In this document: piece by piece, positions 29,448-37,098 of the stretch
Layout: each line of letters starts with the position of its first letter
Numbering within the stretch: the stretch's first letter is position 1
Notes under the pieces: model-generated
Database searches by the model: none
The model's input: only the letters and a program-made list of their open reading frames with translations
Told to the model about the DNA's origin: nothing
Position numbers and translations under genes: made by a program
Assembly: GCA_026986575.1 (NCBI GenBank)
Contig: JALSOH010000006.1
Location: forward strand, 192,001 to 256,000
From: Thermoproteota archaeon
Lineage (GTDB): Archaea > Korarchaeota > Korarchaeia > Korarchaeales > Korarchaeaceae
DNA length: 64,000 nt
Reading direction: 5' to 3'

Positions 29448-29456
29448 TCGAATGTA

Positions 29457-29554
29457 CTGTGGTACCTACCGTAACGCTCTTTTTGTGGTCTAATGGCTTG
29501 CCGGTCTCTCAGGATCAGCTCCCCTGTTGCCCAGTTTTAGCCCTCCGGCACAAT
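29457..29554. repeat. Diverged ~100-bp direct repeat, copy A
   Basis: Shares the ordered blocks CTGTGRTACCT, ACYGTAACGC, TCTAATGG, CGGTCTCT, GATCRGCT and CCCA with 30417-30523. Confidence 0.7.
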
Positions 29555-29659
29555 GGATCCGTCCTACCTAGGTCGTCATTCAAAGTCACATCTAATATTT
29601 CACCCCATTAAGATGAAGATGCTTGAAAAGGATCAGTAACATGGAAGGGACAAGCAAGC

Positions 29660-30031
29660 TCAAGTATTGTACGAATCTCCCCGTCTATCTAGGAGTTCCC
29701 TTGCCCTTTCGAGAAACTTGGTCAACGAAGGATCTGGGAGTGGATATACCCCTCCCTTCACGTGTCTATGGTGAGGGTTCGATCGAACCTCCGGGTGATG
29801 AGGTCTGTTATCCCACCATTCCTCGTAACCGCTAACGCGCAAGTAATAGCCATATGCAACTAATTTTCCACGCCAATATTCGCGGATCACTATCAAAGCC
29901 CCTTTTAAGCTAACGCGAACGCTCAGGTATTCTATCTCGTCTCCTATATTATGTTCAACTATCTCCACTACAGGACTGAACTTACCTATTGTTTTATCGA
30001 TTAGCTTTAGTACTTAACGAATTCTGGTCAA
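29660..30031 (-). pseudogene. DUF6516/TumE-like putative toxin, probably with a nonsense codon near the N-terminus
   Basis: WDNRPHHPEV.SNPHH.H motif. The frame extends to TTG at 30031 behind a GGTGAG RBS but has TAA at 30014-30016. It could alternatively be intact from GTG 29968. Confidence 0.6.
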
Positions 30032-30034
30032 GGC

Positions 30035-30292
30035 TCACCCTCTAAAGCCTTTAGGATCTCTCTTTCGCCTCTCGAGCTCTTCTAGGCGCCCACGTAAGTA
30101 AAGGTACTCGGGCCAGAGCATGTCCAGCTCTGGGTTATCCATGCCCTCCGATGTTAAGAGCTTCTCGATGTCCCTCCAGGTGTTCAAGCCAAGCTTTGAA
30201 GCTATTCCCTGAAGTCTAGCCTCTATGGCGGCGGCCTCCCTATTGATCTCATTCAGCAAAGCTTCCAGAGCCTCCTTGATTATGGGCTTCAC
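30035..30292 (-). CDS. Small helical protein, probable antitoxin partner of the DUF6516 gene
   Basis: Short coiled-coil ORF immediately upstream of the DUF6516 gene, with its own TTATTAA promoter-like box. Confidence 0.6.
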   Translation of the reverse strand: MKPIIKEALEALLNEINREAAAIEARLQGIASKLGLNTWRDIEKLLTSEGMDNPELDMLWPEYLYLRGRLEELERRKRDPKGFRG

Positions 30293-30416
30293 TAATGTAC
30301 CCCAAGCTAAAGGATGAGACGAATTAATAAGTTGCCGTCACTGGCTCATTACCTCTCAGTAGCAGGCCCGAGGACCGCTCCACGGAACTGCTTTTAAGGA
30401 GGCCCTTGCAAACTTG

Positions 30417-30523
30417 CTGTGATACCTGCCTACTGTAACGCCCAATTCTCCTCATATTCTAATGGTCTATCGGTCTCTTCTGATCGGCTTTTCCCTTAAT
30501 ACCCATTATTCAACCTCAGCAAT
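30417..30523. repeat. Diverged ~100-bp direct repeat, copy B
   Basis: Homologous to 29457-29554; abuts the vapC stop codon. Confidence 0.7.
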
Positions 30524-30933
30524 CAGTGAGATAACTCCTCAAACTCGCTTAGCAATTCCTCGCCCCTCTCAATCATCTCGATGATCTCCTGATCTGTTGT
30601 GACGGGCTTGGCCCCCCTAACTAGGCACTGGGCGGCTATGAGGGAGTCGAAGTAGTCGAGTCCCTTGGATGAAAGGAACGCCCCCAACGCAATATCTAAG
30701 GGGGAGAGAGGCTCGAGGGATCTGTCTATAACACTATTCAACAGGTGCCACACCTTGATCCTCTGATCCATGGTAAACCCCCTGCTCTTCATGAGCAAAT
30801 CGAGCTCCAAGAGGGAAGCCTGAGAGACTTTCCTGTCCTCACCGAGTTCCTCTATCATCTCAACGGAATGAGGGTGAAGCGGATCGGAGGGTCGAAGGTA
30901 GGCAATGAGGTAAACTGTGTCAATGATCTCCAC
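30523..30933 (-). CDS. vapC: PIN-domain toxin
   Basis: IIDTVYL, SLLEL, DYFDSLIAA and TTD. Confidence 0.88.
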   Translation of the reverse strand: MEIIDTVYLIAYLRPSDPLHPHSVEMIEELGEDRKVSQASLLELDLLMKSRGFTMDQRIKVWHLLNSVIDRSLEPLSPLDIALGAFLSSKGLDYFDSLIAAQCLVRGAKPVTTDQEIIEMIERGEELLSEFEELSH

Positions 30934-31183
30934 TTAGCATCATCTCCAACATCTTGGAGGCCTCGTGATCCTCCTCCTTCCAGCCCTTGAACTTCTCATC
31001 GAAGATCTTAGAGACTTCCTCATACAGCTTGTCTAAAACTATGATTTCAGCTGAGCTATCACTGGTCACTTTCAGAAGGACTCTGCTCCCCTTCTTGATG
31101 TCCAGTTTGCGCCTTACCTCGGCGGGCAGGACCATTCTCCCACGATCATCAATAATTACCACATAACTCAAATTTCCCACCAC
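30920..31183 (-). CDS. vapB: AbrB/MazE-family antitoxin
   Basis: IDDRGRMVLPAEVRRKLDIKKG. Confidence 0.88.
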   Translation of the reverse strand: MVGNLSYVVIIDDRGRMVLPAEVRRKLDIKKGSRVLLKVTSDSSAEIIVLDKLYEEVSKIFDEKFKGWKEEDHEASKMLEMMLSGDH

Positions 31184-31267
31184 ATACTCAATGTCCCATT
31201 AAAAATAAAGTTTCCCAGATATGTGCTTTGAGAAGGGCATCACTTAAGAACCAGCTCGCTCGGACAT

Positions 31268-31792
31268 ATGGGGAGATCCGAGGAGGTGGGTGAACTGTAC
31301 CTCCCATGGAGCCGGGTCTCCGACTTCACATGTTATGCCTGCGGCCTCTGTTGCTACCGCTTCCGCATCCCCTTGAAGCCCCATGAAGCTATATCCATAG
31401 CTCGCACCTTCGGTCCCCAATATATAGAGTCCATCGCTGGAAAACAGTATATAAGGAAGAGGGAAGGAGAGGCCTGCCCATTTCTCATCGAGGATAATGG
31501 AGTGGGTCTATGCTATCTTCAAAGCTTGGGGATGAAGCCCTCGGCGTGTAAGATATGGCCCTTCAAGATATACAGGAATCCAGAACATGGAAGAGGTGAG
31601 GAGGCCTATTACTCTCATAAACTGGGCGAATTCTACGTTTACGTCGATCAGAGGTGCCCAGGGATCAAGCTAGGCAGACCCACACCTCGCCTCGTGAAAG
31701 CCGTGGAGGAGGCCATAGAGGTCTGGATCGGCGCCAGGAGGGATCAACTATACACTACGGCCCCCCTCTCTTCTTTAATCAAAAAGTTTTAA
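31268..31792 (+). CDS. YkgJ-family cysteine-cluster protein
   Basis: CxxCGxCC, CPFL, C and KPSACKIWPF. Confidence 0.85.
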   Translation: MGRSEEVGELYLPWSRVSDFTCYACGLCCYRFRIPLKPHEAISIARTFGPQYIESIAGKQYIRKREGEACPFLIEDNGVGLCYLQSLGMKPSACKIWPFKIYRNPEHGRGEEAYYSHKLGEFYVYVDQRCPGIKLGRPTPRLVKAVEEAIEVWIGARRDQLYTTAPLSSLIKKF

Positions 31793-31834
31793 CAGGTTTG
31801 TGAAAATATGATACGGAAGGTTTATTAGTTACTG

Positions 31835-32008
31835 CCGGTAAGTAACCCTTGCCGGGAAAGGGGAGGAGTAGGCGGTCGGGGTTAGCCTTGACCGCTGAAA
31901 TTCCGGTCGCCTCGAGAGGGGCGATCGGAGGTAACCCGGTCGGGAGGCCGGGGATCCCCCCCGAAAGCAATTTTCTGCAAGGCTCGCCTACTAACCATAG
32001 CCCTTTTC
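31835..32008 (+). ncRNA. Putative structured non-coding RNA of unknown family
   Basis: Seven complementary segments, two GNRA-capped hairpins with G-U pairs that favour the + strand, and TATA-like boxes upstream. Confidence 0.65.
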
Positions 32009-32096
32009 ATGTTATCCCCTACAATTGCTGAGTCCGTGGGACCTCGGTGATGTTTCGATCCGTCATACAAAATCGTTTTATAATGTATTTCACTGT

Positions 32097-32324
32097 GTGA
32101 TACTGACGAGTTCGGTAGTCACGGTCCGAGTTCCGAAAGAGCTGAAAGAGAAAATGAAGAAGCTAAAAGTTAACTGGAGCAAAGAAATAAGGAAATGCAT
32201 AGAAGAGAAGGTCAAAGACTACGAACTGCTGGAGACCATAGATAGAGTTAGGAAGGAGGCCCGAAAGAGAAAGGTAAAGACGGATTCGGCTCAACTCATT
32301 GGAGAGGACAGGGAGAGCAGATGA
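32097..32324 (+). CDS. vapB: RHH/CopG-type antitoxin; start codon uncertain
   Basis: VVTVRVPKELKEKM...VNWSKEIR. GTG at 32097 is possible; the expected Met position (32106) reads ACG. Confidence 0.7.
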   Translation: MILTSSVVTVRVPKELKEKMKKLKVNWSKEIRKCIEEKVKDYELLETIDRVRKEARKRKVKTDSAQLIGEDRESR

Positions 32325-32743
32325 AGGTTCTGAATGCATCATTTCTCGTCAAGCTAGTGCTGGATGGGGAAGGATCTGAGGAGGCCGAGAGATCCATCAA
32401 GGACTGGATATCAGGCGGTGAAAGGGTATGTACCGTCGATCTCGTGATACCAGAGTCCACTAACGCCATATGGAGGCAAAACGTTCTGGGGGAACTCGAT
32501 AGAGTGGAGTGCTAGGAGGCCGCTGAGGATTTGCTAAGCTTAGTGAGTAGGATGGAAGTGCACCAAGTGGGTGAACTGATCATGGAGGCCCAGGATATAG
32601 CGATGAGGTACGGGATCGCCGTGTATGATTCTCTTTACTTGGCTCTAGCCATCAGGAGGGGAGCGGATCTTGCTACATTCGATCGAAAGCTGAGGGATGT
32701 GGCCTCGAAAATCGGGGTGAAGACGTTCCCCATAACGGACTAG
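32321..32743 (+). pseudogene. vapC: PIN-domain toxin interrupted by an in-frame TAG
   Basis: ORFs 32321-32515 and 32531-32743 share one frame. TAG at 32513-32515, and the first catalytic Asp is replaced (VLNAS). YDSLYLALA and ATFD are retained. Confidence 0.85.
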
Positions 32744-32829
32744 ATATGAGACACTAGGGTACCTCCTCTTTCCTTGGATCAGCTGAACAAGGTGTCGGCT
32801 TCAATTCTAACCTTGATTTCCTTCCTATG

Positions 32830-33459
32830 CTAGATGTACTTGAATAGGTTGAGGTAGGCCTCGGTGCTGAGCTCTATCACCCTGCCTTCGTCCACGTAGG
32901 TCACAAGGATCCCATTAAGCTTGGCCTTCCTCAGTAGCTCCATGGGTATGGGTGGATTTCGATAATACCTGTCCAGCAACTCCTTCCACTTCCTCAGCTC
33001 TATATCCGACCTTGCATGGGGCGGGGTGAGGAGGAAAGGAGGTATCTCCATTAGGTAGGTGGGGGGTGCCGCTAAATAGAATCTATCCGCGTACTGGCTA
33101 TACCTAGCGATCTTGCTGGCTATCCTCGCCCTGCAGAAACTGTCGGGATCCAAGGCATGGTCCGGAGGCACGAAGCCAGTTTCCACCTCTACTATCACCT
33201 TTCCCCCGTTCGTGCCCATTACATCGCATCTGAGGTCGTCCACTTTAACCTCTACATCCACCTGATATCCCTTTATGATCAGGTGAGCCGCTATCACCAG
33301 CTCCATGGCCGAATGATTTATCTTCACGGCCCCAGCTATGTAAAGCTCCGTCAGCCTGTCGATGAGCGGTCTCAGCCTGCCAGCCGGTGGACCCCCTCTC
33401 CCCTCTATCCTCTTGGCCAGCTCCTCTAGGTCGGACCTGAATCTCCGGGTATCCGGCAC
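32830..33459 (-). CDS. Conserved archaeal hypothetical protein with a PD-(D/E)XK-like motif
   Basis: VDVE....CDV......IVEVETG pattern. Confidence 0.65.
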   Translation of the reverse strand: MPDTRRFRSDLEELAKRIEGRGGPPAGRLRPLIDRLTELYIAGAVKINHSAMELVIAAHLIIKGYQVDVEVKVDDLRCDVMGTNGGKVIVEVETGFVPPDHALDPDSFCRARIASKIARYSQYADRFYLAAPPTYLMEIPPFLLTPPHARSDIELRKWKELLDRYYRNPPIPMELLRKAKLNGILVTYVDEGRVIELSTEAYLNLFKYI

Positions 33460-33645
33460 CTGTGATCGACCTCTAAATAGGTATTAAGGCAGCGCGATGA
33501 CACTTTTTAATAAATCAATGACTATCCACTGGCAGGTGATTTCATTGAATGTGATGCAAACCGTTCTCTAAACAAAGAAATTATTTAGGATGCTTCCCAG
33601 AGTGAGGATGAAAATAGAACAAGAAAGCAGGGAGGTCTAAAGGTA

Positions 33646-35634
33646 ATGGCCCATAATGAAGCTCAAGGTGAGGAGAAATGCCTTAGTCTTGTACTGATCA
33701 AAGATATATTGTCGTTGAAAGAAGGCATTTCAAGGGCATTATTTGGAATAGTTGCCATCTATTACGCAAAAGTTTACTTTGAACTCTTAAAGAAAATTGT
33801 TCAAAATGGAATAAGTTTAGATATTATTTCTAAGATAATTATGGAGGTAAGAAATTTAATTTTAATAGTTGTATCAATTATATTTTTAACAGTTTTAATA
33901 AGATGTTTTATGATAAAGATAATAAGAAAGAACTTCATCTACAGAGCGGTAGTAGCAATTTATTTACATTTTTATTATGATTTTAAAATTAAATTATTGA
34001 GTTACCTTATAAACAAAATAAATACTCTAAGTAATGATGTAAGACAGTCTCAGTGGGAATCATTAAGATATTTGAAGATGTTTGTACTAACTTTGCTTGC
34101 GAGATTGATAGGACTTGGCGAATCCGAATTTATTAGAGAAGCTGCTATCTACATAGAAGAAACTAAAAAATTTAAAGAGAAATATTCATCTAATGTAAAA
34201 AAATATCTTCCTACAGTGCCTATGTCGTCAGAAGCCGTGGGAAAACCACTGCTAGTAAAAACTAATCACTTAAAGTATGGCTTCTACTGGAAGCCTTTTG
34301 ATTATACAATTTCACTTCTTTATGATGGGGCTCAACTTTTAAATATGATAAGTAATAAGGATAAGGAGAGAAGAAGAATAATATTAGAAGTGAATTTGTG
34401 TCAAGAAAAGAACGGACTTTTATCAATTTATAATAACGCAGGTAAGGTATTTATTTACGAACATTATGTTAAAAGATGTCTTGAATCGAGGGACTGTAAG
34501 AAAAAATTGGAGAGGCTAGCCAGTGAAATACATAACAGGATCAGAAAACCAATAACGTGGAAAGGAATTTATAAATTCCCTAAGGAATCACTCCCACTTC
34601 CTCTAAGATGGGCTTCAGGAGGAGTACTTCCCATAGCTTATTATAAAGAAAATTTTTGGTTTGTTCTCTTCTACCGGAACTTCTCCCCAATGTGCTGGAA
34701 TTTACCGTTGGGGGCATCAGAGACATTCAGTGAGCAGGAGAAGGTGGATATCATGTCTACCCGTGAAAGTATGGAGGAGATTTTACTAGTAGACAATGAG
34801 CCAGACAGGGGAAGTACACTTACACTAAAACCTATTTTCCCCCGAACGTCTCTGGAATTTAGATACATAAATGAATATATATGGCCAAAAGTTTATTCAT
34901 ATTTAAAAGAATATGCTAAACTCAGGCACCAACAAGACGGTTTTTCTATAAAGATACCTGAGGATCTCGGAGGGATATCAACTCCTGCTGGGGAGATATC
35001 CACTCCATATGATGTCAAAATTAAGTACAGATCCAAAAAAGAATCAATGATCCAAAATGTTTTATTTATAATAAATCCTGAGGAATTAGGAATAGAAATT
35101 ATACGACCCTTTATTTTCCTTATGAACGATGAGGACTATATACTTTGGGGGGAGATATGGAAGGGCGCATCAGCTATACCTAGAACTCCCGTACTACTTC
35201 TATCAGTTGATTATGTGCAAAATATCATCAAAAAGGGGGGAAAGTTTGGTGATAAATTGAAAGGTAACTATAAGAGATGCTCAGGATGTAGGTCGATTAT
35301 TAAAATTCCTAAGGAAAAATATGTATTATTCTACAAGGACATTCTCTTTGCCAAAGAGAGATTAGAGAACCTGAAGAGGCTGCCTAATCCGTCTTACAAA
35401 GAAAAACTTGAGATAAAAAGCCTTCGATGGCATAGTAGTTACTCAAAACAAATAGATTCGCTAATAAATTCAGCTAGAAAAGGCGGAGACCTAACTCTTA
35501 GAGAACATAGTATATTCATGAATTTCTGCCCGACTACTTGGAGATCTTTTGAAATACTTTACACTATCGAACGTTTAGATAAAAACTTTTTAGATAACAT
35601 GCTGAAAATCTGGTTTCTTGAGCGATTTCATTAA
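33646..35634 (+). CDS. AT-rich, horizontally acquired hypothetical protein: N-terminal hydrophobic helices plus a Nudix-like region
   Basis: Long intact ORF in strongly AT-rich DNA; WNLPLGASE...RESMEE resembles a degenerate Nudix box. Confidence 0.7.
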   Translation: MAHNEAQGEEKCLSLVLIKDILSLKEGISRALFGIVAIYYAKVYFELLKKIVQNGISLDIISKIIMEVRNLILIVVSIIFLTVLIRCFMIKIIRKNFIYRAVVAIYLHFYYDFKIKLLSYLINKINTLSNDVRQSQWESLRYLKMFVLTLLARLIGLGESEFIREAAIYIEETKKFKEKYSSNVKKYLPTVPMSSEAVGKPLLVKTNHLKYGFYWKPFDYTISLLYDGAQLLNMISNKDKERRRIILEVNLCQEKNGLLSIYNNAGKVFIYEHYVKRCLESRDCKKKLERLASEIHNRIRKPITWKGIYKFPKESLPLPLRWASGGVLPIAYYKENFWFVLFYRNFSPMCWNLPLGASETFSEQEKVDIMSTRESMEEILLVDNEPDRGSTLTLKPIFPRTSLEFRYINEYIWPKVYSYLKEYAKLRHQQDGFSIKIPEDLGGISTPAGEISTPYDVKIKYRSKKESMIQNVLFIINPEELGIEIIRPFIFLMNDEDYILWGEIWKGASAIPRTPVLLLSVDYVQNIIKKGGKFGDKLKGNYKRCSGCRSIIKIPKEKYVLFYKDILFAKERLENLKRLPNPSYKEKLEIKSLRWHSSYSKQIDSLINSARKGGDLTLREHSIFMNFCPTTWRSFEILYTIERLDKNFLDNMLKIWFLERFH

Positions 35635-35661
35635 AAATTAGACTAGCTAACCAGCAAAGGG

Positions 35662-37098
35662 TTGAATGCGTTGATCCTGACCAAGATAGTAGCGACAATA
35701 GGCCCAGCTTCCTCTACCATGGAAGTGGTAAAGGGGATGATAGCGGAGGGCATGTCCGTTGCTAGAATGAACTTCTCCCACGGCACCCTAACTGAGAAAG
35801 CCAACCATATAGACTTGGTTCGTAGAGCCGCTCACGACCTTGGACTGAGGATAGGACTTATGTCCGACCTTCAAGGACCGGAGGTCAGAACCCACATGGG
35901 GAGGAAGGAACTGAAGGTAGAGGAGGGGGATGTGGTAACGGTCAGCGGGAAGGAGGGCTTGGGAGAGATCAAGATAAAGCCTTCCAGCGTCCTCAGAAAC
36001 TTGGCAGAGGGAGACGAGTTATTCATCGATGAAGGTAGGATCAGGCTCGTAGTGGAGGAAGTCGGAGATGTCCTGAAGTGCCGGGTGGTGCATGGAGGAG
36101 TGATAAGGGACAAGAGGTCGGTACACGCCTCGAAGCCCTTTGACCTCAAGGGGATTACCGAGGAGGACAGGTTAGCCATGAAGCTCTCCGTGGAGAAAGG
36201 AGTGGACTTCATAGCCCTCTCCTTCGTCAAGACGGTGGAGGACATTATAGAAGCTAAAGAGTTCTTGAAATCGCTGACTGACGATCCTCCCTCCCTAATA
36301 GCGAAGATAGAGACAAGAGAGGCAGTTGAGAACGCTAAGGAAATTCTGGAGGAGTCCTATGGGATAATGGTGGCCAGAGGAGATTTAGGCGTTGAGCTCC
36401 CGCTGGAGGAAGTGCCCCAGATCCAGAAGAAGCTGATAAGACTGGCTAACGAGGCCGCCAAGCCCGTGATAACCGCCACCGAGATGCTGGAATCCATGAC
36501 CTCGAGCCCCGTCCCGACTAGGGCGGAGGTAACTGATGTGTACAACGCCATAATGGATGGGAGCGACGCCGTCATGCTGTCAGCGGAGACTGCTGTTGGT
36601 AAGTATCCCGTACTGAGCGTCAGGTGGATGAGGGTCATAGCAGAGAGCGCTGAGCGTTCTCTAACCCCGAGGATGGACTTTCCCCTCACTTCGAAGGCTG
36701 CTTTCATAGGTAAGGCGGCCGTGGAGGCGGCGGAAATGCTGAAGAGCCCCGTCATACTGTGCTTCACCTACACGGGATTCACCGCTAGGCATGTGGTGAG
36801 GCACAGGCCCAAGGCCAGAATACTAGCTCTCCTAAGCAGGGAAAAGACTAGAGGTTTACTGACCCTGAGCTGGGGAGTCGAGAGCCTCCTCGTCTCCCAA
36901 GACTTGGACGAGGCCGTGAGGCAAGCGGTTAACCATTGCTTGGAAAGGGGGGCGTTGAACATTGAGGATACCATAGTTGTGACGTTCGGACATCCTCACG
37001 GAAGGGCCAAGACGAACTCGCTCAGGATACTCGGCGTCGAGGAGGTGCTTCAAGCGGGGGAGCCGAATCCCTCCCCCACCACCGGCCCGCCATCGTAG
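35662..37098 (+). CDS. pyk: Pyruvate kinase
   Basis: TKIVATIGP, RMNFSHG, AKIE, MVARGDLG and PTRAEVTD. Confidence 0.97.
   Translation: MNALILTKIVATIGPASSTMEVVKGMIAEGMSVARMNFSHGTLTEKANHIDLVRRAAHDLGLRIGLMSDLQGPEVRTHMGRKELKVEEGDVVTVSGKEGLGEIKIKPSSVLRNLAEGDELFIDEGRIRLVVEEVGDVLKCRVVHGGVIRDKRSVHASKPFDLKGITEEDRLAMKLSVEKGVDFIALSFVKTVEDIIEAKEFLKSLTDDPPSLIAKIETREAVENAKEILEESYGIMVARGDLGVELPLEEVPQIQKKLIRLANEAAKPVITATEMLESMTSSPVPTRAEVTDVYNAIMDGSDAVMLSAETAVGKYPVLSVRWMRVIAESAERSLTPRMDFPLTSKAAFIGKAAVEAAEMLKSPVILCFTYTGFTARHVVRHRPKARILALLSREKTRGLLTLSWGVESLLVSQDLDEAVRQAVNHCLERGALNIEDTIVVTFGHPHGRAKTNSLRILGVEEVLQAGEPNPSPTTGPPS

Noticed and set aside
29457-30523. CRISPR array or canonical integron attC sites
   Set aside because: Only two long, diverged copies; no regular repeat-spacer period and no clear RYYYAAC...GTTRRRY pairing
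31867-31992. RNase P RNA, SRP RNA, or (on the minus strand) c-di-AMP or Moco riboswitch identity for the structured element
   Set aside because: It lacks the GAGGAAAGUCC/ACAGAA core and the SRP helix-8 motif. The minus strand would turn the GNRA loops into UCUC/UCCC and G-U pairs into A-C mismatches.
31856-32047. T-box riboswitch resemblance (AGTA, GCTGAAA and GTGGGACCTCG words)
   Set aside because: No AG-bulge AGAGA motif or clear antiterminator/terminator, T-boxes are bacterial, and the downstream gene is a TA antitoxin with its own promoter
32513-32515. Pyrrolysine/amber read-through in vapC
   Set aside because: The same gene has also lost a catalytic Asp and no pyl genes are in the window, so pseudogenisation is simpler
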